Numbered from the stretch's first letter, positions 28,569 through 40,503 are shown. The stretch is DNA of 64,000 bases from Candidatus Methylomirabilia bacterium (GCA_041496385.1 JBGQEL010000004.1:1-64000), one strand, 5' to 3'. Notes: generated from the letters alone by a model not told the origin. Numbers and translations are program-made.

Positions 28569-29633
28569 CTACTCTAGCACCGGCGTCGCGCGCACGAGCC
28601 GCCAGCCCTCGGCGCCACGACGGAAGACGAGGCTCCAGGGCACGCGCTCCTGGCTCGCGGCCACCGAGACGCTGCGCGGAACGGCTCCGCCCTCCGGCGC
28701 GTCGCACGCGGGCTCGGAACGCAGCGAGGTCGGAAGGCGCCGCCGTAGCGGGGCATCGGCGACGAGCGCCGACAGGGCCGCCGCGTCGCCGCTGGCGAGC
28801 GCCGCGAACAGGCCGGTCACCGCCTCGTGCAGATCCCGGTGCCAGGCGTCGTGGTACGTCCGGCTCGTGCGGGGGATGGTGCCGTCGGTCGCCAGCCGGA
28901 AGACGTCCTCCGCCTCGGTCTGTCCCGCGCATCCGGGCGTCCAGCCCGCGTAGTGGAGCTCGTAGCGCACGCGAATCTCCCCGCCGCGCACCTGGTAGGC
29001 GCGCGCCAGCAGGCCGTCGCCGAAGAGGTCCGCGGTGCTCCACGCGACGCGCACCCCGTCGCCCGCCTGGCGCACGAGGTCGAGGCGGAGCGCGCGCGTG
29101 CCGCGCCCCGACGGCGCGCCCTCCCAGGCGGCGAGGAACTGCGGCACGCCGCCCGGCCCCGGTGGGAGCGGATAGACGCTCGGCCGGCCCTCGCGGTGGA
29201 TGGTCGTCAGGAGGGCGGGCTCGCCACGGAAGCGTCCGTAGACTCGCACCGTGTTGGCGCCGGAGGCCTCGGACAGCTGAAAGGCGCCGACGACGAGGCG
29301 GTCCACACGCACCACGCCGAGCACGGCGGCGCCCCACGCTTCTCCGAAGGCGTCGAGGCGCTCCTGGAGGAAACCGGTGGAGGCGAAGGGGCCGCCGGTC
29401 GCGAGATTCTCGACGATCTCCTCGTCGAGCAGCGCGTACATCTCGCGGTACGCGTCCGCCGGCGCGTCGGCATCGAGCTGGAGGAGTCGCTGGCGCGAGA
29501 GCGCCAGCTCGCGGAAGCGCTCGAGTCGGTCGGGCAGGCCGGCGAGGCCCAGCGTCGGCGGGCCGAGCGCCAGCGCCAGGAGGAGGGCGCAGCCTGCCCG
29601 CACTCGCGTCTCGTGACTCCGCGGCCCGCGCAC
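28569..29633 (-). CDS. Hypothetical secreted protein
   Basis: Signal-peptide-like segment (CALLLALALGPPTLG); GTG 29633 lies 6 nt after a TACCAT -10; no family recognised. Confidence 0.65.
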   Translation of the reverse strand: MRGPRSHETRVRAGCALLLALALGPPTLGLAGLPDRLERFRELALSRQRLLQLDADAPADAYREMYALLDEEIVENLATGGPFASTGFLQERLDAFGEAWGAAVLGVVRVDRLVVGAFQLSEASGANTVRVYGRFRGEPALLTTIHREGRPSVYPLPPGPGGVPQFLAAWEGAPSGRGTRALRLDLVRQAGDGVRVAWSTADLFGDGLLARAYQVRGGEIRVRYELHYAGWTPGCAGQTEAEDVFRLATDGTIPRTSRTYHDAWHRDLHEAVTGLFAALASGDAAALSALVADAPLRRRLPTSLRSEPACDAPEGGAVPRSVSVAASQERVPWSLVFRRGAEGWRLVRATPVLE

Positions 29634-29655
29634 GCGGCTATGGTACAACAGAGCC
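29634..29655. promoter_or_regulatory. Putative bidirectional -10 promoter for two leaderless genes
   Basis: TACAAC (+, 29644-29649) and TACCAT (-, 29645-29640) overlap; each has an upstream TG and sits 6 nt from a GTG start. Confidence 0.55.
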
Positions 29656-32016
29656 GTGAGGTTGCTCGTCCTCGATCGGTACATCGTGCGCGAGCTTGTC
29701 TCACCCTTCGTCTTCGGCGCGTCGCTGTTCACGTTCTTCCTGATCATCGACCGCATCTATCACCTCACCGACCTGGTCATCACGAAGGGCGTCCCGTTCT
29801 ACCTGGTCGTCCAGCTGCTCGTGTTCATGCTGCCTTCGTTCCTCGCCCACACGCTGCCGATGGCATTGCTCGTCGCCGTCCTGCTCGCCGGGGGCCGACT
29901 CGCGGGCGACCTCGAGATCGTCGCGTTCAAGTCGGCCGGCGTCAGCGCATTCCGTCTCTTCCGGCCGGTCCTGCTCGCGGGCCTTCTCGTGACGGCGGCG
30001 ACCGCGCTCCTGACGCTCGTCGTGAATCCGATCGCGAACAGCGAGTTCCAGCGCCAGCTCTTCCGGATCCTCCAGTCGCGCGCCGTGAGCGGCCTGCAGG
30101 AGCGCGTGTTCAACGCGACCTTCGGCGACGTGATCATCTACGTCGAGCAGGTGAGCGCCTCGCAGGTGGCCCTGCGGGGCCTCCTCGTGTCCGACGAGCG
30201 CGACCCGAAGCTCTCGCGGATCATCACCGCGCGCGAGGGGCGGCTCCTCACCGACGACCTGAACCGGCGCATCACGCTGCGCCTGATGAACGGCGCGGTC
30301 AACGAGGCCGACGTGGCGCCCGCCGATCCCCCCAAGGCCGTGCTCGCCGACGTCTCGCCCCCCGGCGGCGCGGCGAGCGCCGCGCGCTACCGCCACACGC
30401 TCTTCAGCATCTACGACATGAGCCTGTCGGTCGACTCGCCGCTGAAGGGCGCGCCGCGCGTCGAGAAGCCGGAGAAGGATTTGGCGCTCGGCGTGCTCCG
30501 GGCGCGGATCGCGGAGCTGCGGGGCGACCCGCACGGTCGGGCGCCGTACCAGATCGAGTGGCACAAGCGGTACGCCCTCCCGATCGCCGCACTCGTCTTC
30601 GCGCTCGTCGCCTTCCCGCTCGCCATCCGCTCGCACCGGGGCGGCCGCTCGATCGCGCTCGCGGGAAGTCTCGCGATCCTGCTCGCCTACTACGTGCTGA
30701 TGACATCACTCGAGGGCATGGCGCTGCGTGTCCGGATCGCGCCCTGGCTCGCGATCTGGACGCCCAACGTGCTCTTCGCCGCCGGCGGCACGGGGCTCCT
30801 GCTGGCCACGGCGCGCGAGTGGCGCTGGCCCGCGATGCCGGCGCTCTGGCGCGCGGCGGCCCGCATCCGGCGCGCCGTACCCGCGCGCCGCGATCGTGTC
30901 CTCCAGCCGCACGCCGGCACGGCGGCCCGCGATTCGACGCACATCATCGACCGCTACCTCGTGCGCGAGTTCCTCGGCTTCATGGGCATCGGGCTGGCGG
31001 TCGCCGCGGCGCTCTTCGTCGTGATCGACCTCCTGCAGACGCTCGACCGCTACCTCCGCGTGAAGCCGCCGCTGCTCTACATCCTCGAGCACTTCGCCTA
31101 TCGCCTACCGCCGGCGCTCCACGACGGCCTGCCGGTCATCATGCTCGTCGCGACGATCTTCCTCTACCTCACGCTGTCCCGGTATCACGAGCTGACCGCG
31201 ATGAAGGCCGCCGGGTTGTCGCTCTACCGGATCAGCCTGCCGGTCCTCGCCCTGGGCGTCGCCGTCGCGGCGGGCGCCGGCCTCTTTCAGGAGCTGGCGC
31301 TCCCCGTCCTCAACGAGCGCGGCGACGAGGTGGACCGGGTGAAGATCCGCGGCCAGGCGCCGCGCCACCTCCAGTCGCGGCAGCGCCTCTGGGTCCGGAG
31401 CTCCGACTCCCGCTTCTACCGGATCGAGCTCTTGCACCCCGGCACCAACGACATGTACGGCGTCACCATCCTGGAATTGGACCGGGCGTTCCACCTGGCC
31501 GACCGGATCGACGCCCGGCGCGCTCACTGGACCCCCGCGGGCTGGGAGCTCTCCGAGGGGGCGCTGCGCGAGATCGGGCCCGCGGGGCAGGTGCAAACCG
31601 TGCCGTTCGTCTGGACCGCGCTCGACATCAAGGAGGAGATGGAGGACTTCATCCGCATCCAGAAGCCCGTCAGCTCGATGAGCTATCGCGAGCTCAAGGA
31701 GTACATCGGACGGCTCGAGGCCGCGGGCTTCCAGGCGCGCAAGTACCTAGTCGAACTCTACTCGAAGCTCTCCTTCCCGCTCGTGAACCTCGTCATGGTC
31801 CTGATCGCGATCCCGTTCGCGCTCCAGTCACCGCGCGGCGGCCGGCTCTTCGGCGTGGGCCTCGCGATCGCGATCATGGCGGGCTACCTCGTGGTCCACT
31901 ACGTCGCGCTCGCCTTCGCGCGCGCCGACCTTCTGCCCCCCCTGCTCGCCGCCTGGACGGCGAACATCATCTTCATGGGGATCGGCGTCTCGCTGCTGCT
32001 CCGCGCGCGGACCTAG
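29656..32016 (+). CDS. lptFG: Fused LptF-LptG LPS export permease
   Basis: Two tandem YjgP/YjgQ units, each starting (L/I)DRY and ending W.(P/A)N; GDLEIVAFKSAG and YHELTAMKAAG motifs. Confidence 0.9.
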   Translation: MRLLVLDRYIVRELVSPFVFGASLFTFFLIIDRIYHLTDLVITKGVPFYLVVQLLVFMLPSFLAHTLPMALLVAVLLAGGRLAGDLEIVAFKSAGVSAFRLFRPVLLAGLLVTAATALLTLVVNPIANSEFQRQLFRILQSRAVSGLQERVFNATFGDVIIYVEQVSASQVALRGLLVSDERDPKLSRIITAREGRLLTDDLNRRITLRLMNGAVNEADVAPADPPKAVLADVSPPGGAASAARYRHTLFSIYDMSLSVDSPLKGAPRVEKPEKDLALGVLRARIAELRGDPHGRAPYQIEWHKRYALPIAALVFALVAFPLAIRSHRGGRSIALAGSLAILLAYYVLMTSLEGMALRVRIAPWLAIWTPNVLFAAGGTGLLLATAREWRWPAMPALWRAAARIRRAVPARRDRVLQPHAGTAARDSTHIIDRYLVREFLGFMGIGLAVAAALFVVIDLLQTLDRYLRVKPPLLYILEHFAYRLPPALHDGLPVIMLVATIFLYLTLSRYHELTAMKAAGLSLYRISLPVLALGVAVAAGAGLFQELALPVLNERGDEVDRVKIRGQAPRHLQSRQRLWVRSSDSRFYRIELLHPGTNDMYGVTILELDRAFHLADRIDARRAHWTPAGWELSEGALREIGPAGQVQTVPFVWTALDIKEEMEDFIRIQKPVSSMSYRELKEYIGRLEAAGFQARKYLVELYSKLSFPLVNLVMVLIAIPFALQSPRGGRLFGVGLAIAIMAGYLVVHYVALAFARADLLPPLLAAWTANIIFMGIGVSLLLRART

Positions 32017-32017
32017 G

Positions 32018-34732
32018 CTACCGCTGGCTCTGGCTGAGGGCGCGGAGCGCCTCCTCGAGGCGCTTCTGCTCGGCGCCGTAGGTGGCCCAGTCGCCGCGCC
32101 GGAGCGCGTCCTGGGCCCGGTTCCAGATCTCCAGCGCCCGCTGCCCGAGCTGGCGCGCGCCGCCGCCCTCCGCCGACGGGGGCGTGGCGGCCGCGGCCGG
32201 CGGCGGCGCGGCGCCGGTGGCCGGGCGCCCCCCGAAGAGGCGTACGAGCGACTGCTGGAGCGTGGGCTCCATCGCAATCTGGTTTCCGTAGGCGACGATG
32301 ACCCGCCGGAGCTCGGGCACCGCGCCCTGCTCCGACGCCGCGAGATAGAGCGGCTGGACGTAGATCAGCGACTGGTCGAGCGGCAGCGCGATCAGGGAGC
32401 CGCGGATCACCGTCGAGCCGCGCTGGTTCCAGAGGGACAGCTGCTGCGAGATCACGGGGTCCTGATCGATACGCGCGTCGATCTGCCGCGGGCCGAAGAC
32501 GAGCTTCTGCTTCGGCAGATCGTAGACGAGGAGCCGCCCGTAGTTGGGCGGATCGGAGCGCGCGGCGAGCCAGGCGATCATGTTGTCCCGCCGGCTCGGG
32601 TTGAAGAGCGTGAGGAGGATGAACTCCTCCTTCCTCTCGCCCGGGAGCCGCATGATCGTGTAGTAGGCCTCCATCTCGCGGTCCCGCCCCTCGACCGTCC
32701 GCCTCGGGATCGCCCAGAGGTCCTCCTTGTTGTAGAACACCTGGGGGTCCTTCATGTGGTACGTGGCGTACTTCCTCGCCTGGATGGCGAAGAAGTCCTC
32801 GGGGTAGCGGATGTGGGGGCGCAGATTCGCCGGCAGGGCCTCGAGCGGGCGGAGCAGCCCGGGGAAGGCGCGCGCGTAGGCGCGCACGAGCGGGTCCGTC
32901 GGATCCGCGAGGTAGAAGGCGACCGTGCCATGATAGGCGTCGATCGTGACCTTCACGGAGTTCCGGATGTAGTTCCCCACGCCGGCCACGGGATCCGAGT
33001 ACGGGTAGCGGCTCGTCGTCGTGTAGCCGTCGAGCATCCAGACCAGCCGGCCGTCGTCGGTGACGACGATGTACGGATCGTGGTCGTACTTGAAGAACGG
33101 CGCGATCTGCCGGACGCGCTGCCCGATCGCGCGATAGATCATGATGCGGCTGTCGGCCGTGAGGTCGTTCGCCAAGAGGATCTTCACCTCGCCGAAGCGC
33201 ACGGCGAAGAGGAGCTTCCGCAGCCAGGCGCCGATCGGAATGCCGCCCGTGCCCGCGTAGCTCGTGTAGACGTTCTCGTCCCCCGACGGATACGAGAGCT
33301 CCTGCTGCCGGGTCTTGACCAGCACGTACTCGTTCGACACTTCGCCGAAGTAGAGCTCCGGCCGGGTGATCGCGGGGAAGCCGCCCGTGGACTGCGGCGG
33401 GATGTCCTTCACGAAAAACTCGGGGAGCCCCTCCGGCGTGATCCGGTTCACCGGCCCGACGACGACGCCGTAGCCATGGGTGAAGGTCAGGTGCTCGTTG
33501 ATCCAGATCCGCGACTGCAGATGCGGGTAGGACAGCTCACGCGCCGAGAGCATCAGCTGCCGGTACACGCCATTCATCGTGTACCGGCCGACGTCGACGT
33601 CCGTGAACTTGTAGTAGGTCCGGATCTCCTGGAGCTGGGCGAAGGTCCGCAGCAAGGGCCGGTGGTCCCAGAGCCGGACGTTCTCGATGGTCAGCGCGTT
33701 GCGCTCCAGCGCCCGCGCGTCGAGCGTTTCGTCCGCCGGGAAACTGCGCTCCTCGATCCGGTCGAGGCCGTAGGCCTGTCGCGTCATGCGGATGTTGTGG
33801 CCGATGAAGGGGCGCTCCGCGACCAGCTCGTTCGGCGTCACGCTGAATCGCTGGAGGAGCGCCGGGTAGACGCCCAGGCCCACGATCCACACGAGCCCGA
33901 GCACCACGAGCCCGCCCGCCATGAACCGCAGCCCCGGGCGCGCGATCTGCGCCAGGCAGAGGGCGGCCGCGACCGCGGCGAGCACGGCCAGCACACCGAG
34001 CGCGGGGAGCGACGCATAGATGTCGGTGTAGGACGCGCCGAAGACCACCCCGCGGCTGGAGAAAACGAGCTCGAAGCGATCGAGCCAGAAGCCGACCGCG
34101 GTGAGGGCCAGCGCCAGGGCGCCCAGCACGAGGAGGTGCGCGCGGGCGCCCGTCGCGAGCCGGGGGCCCCGCGTCGTCAGCACGAGGCTCCGCTGGAGCA
34201 CGTAGACCGCGACGGTCAGCACGAGGGTGCCGATGACGAGGGTCAGCGCCCAGCCCTGGAGGAGCCGCCAGAACGGCAGAACGAAGACGAAGAAGGCGAG
34301 GTCGCGGCCGAAGAGCGGGTCCACGCTGCCGAAGGGCACCGCGTTGAAGTATGAGAGCACCGTCTCCCACTGCCCCGTCGCGCGCAGGCCCGAGACGAGC
34401 GCGATGGCCGCCACCACGATCGGCAGGAACCGCCGGATCAGCGGCTCGATCACCACGCGCCCCGGCAGGCCCAGCTGATCCTCGAGCTCCCAGATCACGT
34501 CGGGCGCCGCCGTCCGCACGGCGAAGGTGAGGTTGAGATAGAGAAACACGAGGACCCCGAGGGCCAGCGCCGTGAACAGGGAGCCGCGGAGCGCCAGGAT
34601 CTTGGTGAAGACCTCCACGTAGCCGACTTCCTGGAACCAGAGCCAGTCGGTGTACAGGGGGACGAGCTGGGCGACGACGCCGAGCGCCAGGAACATCACC
34701 AGCAGCACGATCACCGGCTGACCGCGGTTCAT
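32018..34732 (-). CDS. UPF0182 family membrane protein
   Basis: YTDWLWF, DPLFGRD, NVRLWD, HLTFTHG, NYIRNSVK and YVQPLYL motifs. Confidence 0.92.
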   Translation of the reverse strand: MNRGQPVIVLLVMFLALGVVAQLVPLYTDWLWFQEVGYVEVFTKILALRGSLFTALALGVLVFLYLNLTFAVRTAAPDVIWELEDQLGLPGRVVIEPLIRRFLPIVVAAIALVSGLRATGQWETVLSYFNAVPFGSVDPLFGRDLAFFVFVLPFWRLLQGWALTLVIGTLVLTVAVYVLQRSLVLTTRGPRLATGARAHLLVLGALALALTAVGFWLDRFELVFSSRGVVFGASYTDIYASLPALGVLAVLAAVAAALCLAQIARPGLRFMAGGLVVLGLVWIVGLGVYPALLQRFSVTPNELVAERPFIGHNIRMTRQAYGLDRIEERSFPADETLDARALERNALTIENVRLWDHRPLLRTFAQLQEIRTYYKFTDVDVGRYTMNGVYRQLMLSARELSYPHLQSRIWINEHLTFTHGYGVVVGPVNRITPEGLPEFFVKDIPPQSTGGFPAITRPELYFGEVSNEYVLVKTRQQELSYPSGDENVYTSYAGTGGIPIGAWLRKLLFAVRFGEVKILLANDLTADSRIMIYRAIGQRVRQIAPFFKYDHDPYIVVTDDGRLVWMLDGYTTTSRYPYSDPVAGVGNYIRNSVKVTIDAYHGTVAFYLADPTDPLVRAYARAFPGLLRPLEALPANLRPHIRYPEDFFAIQARKYATYHMKDPQVFYNKEDLWAIPRRTVEGRDREMEAYYTIMRLPGERKEEFILLTLFNPSRRDNMIAWLAARSDPPNYGRLLVYDLPKQKLVFGPRQIDARIDQDPVISQQLSLWNQRGSTVIRGSLIALPLDQSLIYVQPLYLAASEQGAVPELRRVIVAYGNQIAMEPTLQQSLVRLFGGRPATGAAPPPAAAATPPSAEGGGARQLGQRALEIWNRAQDALRRGDWATYGAEQKRLEEALRALSQSQR

Positions 34733-34750
34733 GGCGGGGAACGGTGACGG

Positions 34751-36109
<1,359 letters not shown>

Positions 36110-37261
36110 CTACACTCCGGCGTCGTCGCGGAGATCCTTCACCCGGTTCGTCCGCTCCCAGGTGAAGTCGGCCTCCGAGCGGCCGAAGTGGCCGTAGGCC
36201 GCCGTCTTCTTGTAGATTGGCCGGCGCAGGTCGAGGTACTTGATGATCCCGGCCGGCGTGAAATCGAAGTGCCGCCTGACCAGTCCCTCGAGCACCGTGT
36301 TCGGCACCTTGCCGGTGCCGAAGGTCTCCACCATGATCGAGACCGGCTCGGCGACCCCGATCGCGTAGGCGACCTGGACCTGGGCCCGCCCGGCGAGGCC
36401 CGCGGCCACGATGTTCTTGGCCACGTGGCGCGCCATGTAGCAGGCCGAGCGGTCCACCTTCGTCGGATCCTTCCCCGAGAAGGCGCCGCCGCCGTGCGGG
36501 CACGACCCGCCGTAGGTGTCCACGATGATCTTGCGTCCCGTGAGCCCCGTGTCCCCCATCGGGCCGCCCGTGACGAAGCGGCCCGTCGGGTTGACGTGGA
36601 AGACGCACGTCTTTCGATCGAGCAGCTCCGCGGGGATCGTCGGGATGATGACCTGCTCGATGATGTCCTGGCGGAGCTTCTCCGTCGTCACGTCGGGGCT
36701 GTGCTGCGAGGAGATCACGACCGTCTCGACCGCGCGCGGTGCGCCGTCCACGTAGCGGACCGTCACCTGCGACTTCCCGTCGGGGCGCAGGTAGTCGAGC
36801 GCACCCGACTTCCGGCGCTCGGTGAGCCTCATGACGAGCTTGTGGGCGAGCATGATCGGCAGCGGCATGAGCTCCTGGGTCTCGGTGCACGCGTAGCCGA
36901 ACATGAGCCCCTGGTCGCCCGCGCCGAGCTTGTCGACGCCCATCGCGATGTCGCCCGATTGCTCGTCGATCGCCGTGATGACGGCGCACGTCTCGTAGTC
37001 GAAGCCGAACTTGGCGCGTGTGTAGCCGACCTCGCGGATCGTGTCCCGGGCGGTGCGGGGGATGTCCACGTAGCACGACGTCGTGATCTCGCCCGCGACC
37101 ACGACGAGGCCCGTCGTCAGGAGCGTCTCGCACGCCACTCGCCCCGTCGGGTCCTGGCCGAGAATCGCGTCCAGGACCGCGTCGGAAATCTGGTCGGCGA
37201 TCTTGTCGGGGTGACCTTCGGTCACCGACTCCGACGTGAACAGATACTCGTCACGCGCCAT
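36110..37261 (-). CDS. metK: S-adenosylmethionine synthetase
   Basis: [19 protein letters not shown] and GGGAFSGKD motifs. Confidence 0.97.
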   Translation of the reverse strand: MARDEYLFTSESVTEGHPDKIADQISDAVLDAILGQDPTGRVACETLLTTGLVVVAGEITTSCYVDIPRTARDTIREVGYTRAKFGFDYETCAVITAIDEQSGDIAMGVDKLGAGDQGLMFGYACTETQELMPLPIMLAHKLVMRLTERRKSGALDYLRPDGKSQVTVRYVDGAPRAVETVVISSQHSPDVTTEKLRQDIIEQVIIPTIPAELLDRKTCVFHVNPTGRFVTGGPMGDTGLTGRKIIVDTYGGSCPHGGGAFSGKDPTKVDRSACYMARHVAKNIVAAGLAGRAQVQVAYAIGVAEPVSIMVETFGTGKVPNTVLEGLVRRHFDFTPAGIIKYLDLRRPIYKKTAAYGHFGRSEADFTWERTNRVKDLRDDAGV

Positions 37262-37360
37262 CGGGCTCCTCCGCATGTCGTCGTCTCGCTCGAGACGATC
37301 GTGATGCCGTCACTCTAGCACGTCCGCTCCGTGCGCCTCAAGGATCGACCCGAAGAGGCG

Positions 37361-38401
37361 TCAGCCGAGCCGCCGCTTCAGCTCGTCCAGGAGCGGGACC
37401 GACCAGGGCTCCACCCCGCGCGCGATGGCGGCGTAGTAGCTGACCCACATGCCGACGTAGGTCAGCGACAGCAGGCGCGCCACGTGCCCCGTGCCGCGCG
37501 CGCGGCACTCGCCGATACCGCCCGCGGCGGGCGCCACGAGCTCGCGGAGCAGAGCGAAGCGCCGCGCGATTTCCGGAGGCTCCTCCGCATCGCGCAGCAG
37601 GACGAGGTGCAGCCCGCGCGCCGCCGGCGCGCGCCAGGCCTCGATCTCGTTGTGGTTCATTTCCGGCAATGCACCCGCGAGGGCCAGGAGCTTGGCGTTC
37701 TCCTCAAGGTCGGTCTTCCAGCGGTACGCGACCGACGCCGTCCCGGGACCGCCGTAAATGACCGGCATCCGGTCCTCGAGCGCCAGCGCGAGGCGCTTGG
37801 CCTCGTTTCCGGCCAGCGGGCTCTCCGGTCCGAGCTCGCCCGCCATCGCGCCCAGGACGTCGACCGTCTCGACGAGCTCCGTGTCGCTCGCCACGGGCAG
37901 GCCGAGGCCCGCGAGGACCCGCACCATGGGAAAGAAGAGGTGCCCGAGGGCCATGCGCGGCATGAAGCCGGGCGGCAGGGTGACGCGCGGCAACCGGTGC
38001 GCCGTCGCGAGGCCCGCCAGCCGGCCGCCCGACGTGAGGACGACCACGGCCGCCCCGCGCGCGAGCGCCACCTCCACGGCCGAGAGCGTCTCGGCGGTGT
38101 CGCCCGAGTAGGACGCGGCGATGACGAGCGCGTGCGCGCCCACCGAGGCCGGCAGGCCGTAACCCCGGTGAACGAGACACGGCACGTCGAGCCGGTCGCC
38201 GGCGCACGCGGCCAGCAGATCGCCGCCGGCGGCCGACCCGCCCATGCCGGCCACGACGACGAGGGAGGGTCGGCGTCGCAGGACGGCCGGCTCGGCCTCC
38301 AGCCGTAGCGCTTCGCGGCACTGCAGGGGAAAGGCGGCGAAGACGTCGCGGACCCGGTGCGGGTCCCGCTCTTCGAAGACCCGGGCATCGTCGAGGGTCA
38401 C
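37361..38401 (-). CDS. Bifunctional phosphoglucose/phosphomannose isomerase (SIS domain)
   Basis: GMGGSA, SYSGDT.ET, RWKT..EENAK and PEMNHNEI motifs. Confidence 0.9.
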   Translation of the reverse strand: MTLDDARVFEERDPHRVRDVFAAFPLQCREALRLEAEPAVLRRRPSLVVVAGMGGSAAGGDLLAACAGDRLDVPCLVHRGYGLPASVGAHALVIAASYSGDTAETLSAVEVALARGAAVVVLTSGGRLAGLATAHRLPRVTLPPGFMPRMALGHLFFPMVRVLAGLGLPVASDTELVETVDVLGAMAGELGPESPLAGNEAKRLALALEDRMPVIYGGPGTASVAYRWKTDLEENAKLLALAGALPEMNHNEIEAWRAPAARGLHLVLLRDAEEPPEIARRFALLRELVAPAAGGIGECRARGTGHVARLLSLTYVGMWVSYYAAIARGVEPWSVPLLDELKRRLG

Positions 38402-40497
38402 GGCCCGCCCACGCCGAGCGTCACCCGGATCTCCCGCTCGTCGCCCGGTTCGAGTGCCACGGGCCAGACGAGCAGCAGGGCCATCCCCTGGTAGATGCGC
38501 TCGAAGCCGGCCTCCGAGACGGACACGGTCTGCACGGGCGCCCAGGCAAGCTCCGCCGCGGGCGACCACGCGAGCCGCGCCGCGACTCCGATCCACTCGT
38601 CCACGAGCGCCACGGCGCTCAGGTCCGGCACCCGCCCGCTGCTGCCGAGCGAGGGGCGGCCCTCCAGCGTGAGGTAGCGTCCGGGCGCGTCGCCCGCGGT
38701 GAGCGCCAGATTCCACTGCACCGCCCAGCGGCCCGTCACGCCGCGCCCCCCGGCGGCCCGCAGGCCGTAGCGCGCCTCGAGCGTCGCGCCGTGGACGCTG
38801 ACCACCTTCCGGATCGCGACGGGCTCGCCCGCACGAGGCGAATGCACGAGGGTCGCCGTGACACGACCGTCGCCGACGACGACGGAGCAGTCGAGCCGCT
38901 CACGCGCCAGGGTCAGCCGGGCCCCGCCCCAGGGTGCCAGTGGATCGAGCGGTGATGCGGGACCGTCGAACCAGGCGTCGAGCAGCGACGCACGACGAAA
39001 CTCGTCGTAGTCGAGCAGCGCCTCGAGCCCGGCCTCCTTCACCGCCGGCGCCTCGTGGATCGTCCGGACCTGGCCGCTCGCGCCCGGCCGCCCCGCGGTG
39101 CGGACCCGCTCGTGATACGCCTCGGGCCGGCGGGCGAGCACGTCGGCGAGGTCCAGCGCCTTCGGAAGATAGCCGATCTCCGTGACCGCGCCGCCGAGCT
39201 CGGGATTGAGCGTGACCGCGAGCTCGCCGGTCCGGGCGAAGACCTCCTGGCGGCCGTCTCCGTTTCCGTCCTCCCTCGCCCACCAGACGCCGGCGTCGCC
39301 CAGCGCGGCGGCGAGGCGGGCCTCGCAGTCGAGCAGCGCGCTCTTCACGGCGCGTCGCAGGTGCGGCAGATAGCAGCCGCCGAACACGCCATGCCAGTAC
39401 GCGTCGTTCGCCTGGCCCCGCCAGAGCGCCTCACGCGCCTCCAGAAGCCGCGCGTCGTCGGGTGACGCGTCGAGGGCGGCGTGCACGGCGCGCGAGAGCC
39501 GGAGCATCTTCCAGTGGGTATCGGCGATCTCCGGGTACTTGACGAGGAAGCTCCGCCAGAAGCCTCCCCGCAGGAGGCCGGTGAAACGCTCCCCCTCGCC
39601 GAGGGCGGCGATCTCCTGCCTGGCATGCTCGAGCCTCTGGGCGGCCTCCGCCGGGAGCGCCCACTCGCCCATCTCACGGTAGGAGGCCGTCGGCAGGTAG
39701 ACCCGCCCGCTCGCGGGCAGCCGATCGACCACGTCGCCGAGGGTCGCGAGCTCGAGCCAGTCGGTCGCGAGGATCCGGTCGAAGAAGCTGTCGAGCCAGC
39801 CCTTCTCGTAGACGTGCGCGTGGGTGCCCGGCCACACGCCGAACTTCTCGCCGTCGTCCACCATCGTGAGCGCAGCCACGCGGCCGCGGCGTTCGGCGAG
39901 ATGCTCGAGCGTCGCATCGACCTCGGCGAACGGGACGAGGTACCGGAGCCGCTGGCTGATCGGGAACACGCGCATCACCGCGCCCTGCTCCTCGGTGAGG
40001 TAGTACCCGCCGAGCGCGTCCACGTCCAGGCCGGTCAGCGCGAAGTGGCTGTCGTCCACGAGAACGTACTCGACCCCGGCGGCGGCGAGGATCTTCGGCA
40101 GGTGCGGCTCCCAGACGCGCTCGGCGAGCCACATGCCGCGCGGCCGGACACCGAAGTGGGTCTTGAGGAACGCGCTCAGGCGCTCGATCTGGCCGCGCTT
40201 GTCGGCGTCCGGCAAGACCGCGAGGATCGGCTCGTAGAATCCGCCGGTCAGCAGCTCGACTTGGCCGCGCGCGGCGAGGGTGCCGAGGAGCTCGAAGGTG
40301 CGGGGCGCACGCGCCCGCAGCCACTCGAGGAGGCTCCCCGTGCAGTGGACGGAGAGGCGGATCTCGGGGCGCGCGCGCAGGCGCTCGAGGAACGGCCGGT
40401 AGGCGCGCTCGGTCGCCTCCACGAGCACGTGATCGAAGTTTCCGATCGGCTGGTGGTTGTGAGTCCCGAAGCAGAACACCAGCCGGTCACGACCCAC
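38398..40497 (-). CDS. GH57 4-alpha-glucanotransferase/alpha-amylase
   Basis: HNHQP, WLAERVW, DDGEKFG, YREMGEW and NDAYWHGVFGG motifs. Confidence 0.9.
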   Translation of the reverse strand: MGRDRLVFCFGTHNHQPIGNFDHVLVEATERAYRPFLERLRARPEIRLSVHCTGSLLEWLRARAPRTFELLGTLAARGQVELLTGGFYEPILAVLPDADKRGQIERLSAFLKTHFGVRPRGMWLAERVWEPHLPKILAAAGVEYVLVDDSHFALTGLDVDALGGYYLTEEQGAVMRVFPISQRLRYLVPFAEVDATLEHLAERRGRVAALTMVDDGEKFGVWPGTHAHVYEKGWLDSFFDRILATDWLELATLGDVVDRLPASGRVYLPTASYREMGEWALPAEAAQRLEHARQEIAALGEGERFTGLLRGGFWRSFLVKYPEIADTHWKMLRLSRAVHAALDASPDDARLLEAREALWRGQANDAYWHGVFGGCYLPHLRRAVKSALLDCEARLAAALGDAGVWWAREDGNGDGRQEVFARTGELAVTLNPELGGAVTEIGYLPKALDLADVLARRPEAYHERVRTAGRPGASGQVRTIHEAPAVKEAGLEALLDYDEFRRASLLDAWFDGPASPLDPLAPWGGARLTLARERLDCSVVVGDGRVTATLVHSPRAGEPVAIRKVVSVHGATLEARYGLRAAGGRGVTGRWAVQWNLALTAGDAPGRYLTLEGRPSLGSSGRVPDLSAVALVDEWIGVAARLAWSPAAELAWAPVQTVSVSEAGFERIYQGMALLLVWPVALEPGDEREIRVTLGVGGP

Positions 40498-40503
40498 CGC
40501 TCG

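Noticed and set aside
25140..32081. Very long alternative-frame ORFs (e.g. 988 aa and 1084 aa; also 51705..54923)
   Set aside because: Arg/Pro/Ala-rich shadows of well-supported genes, expected at this GC content.
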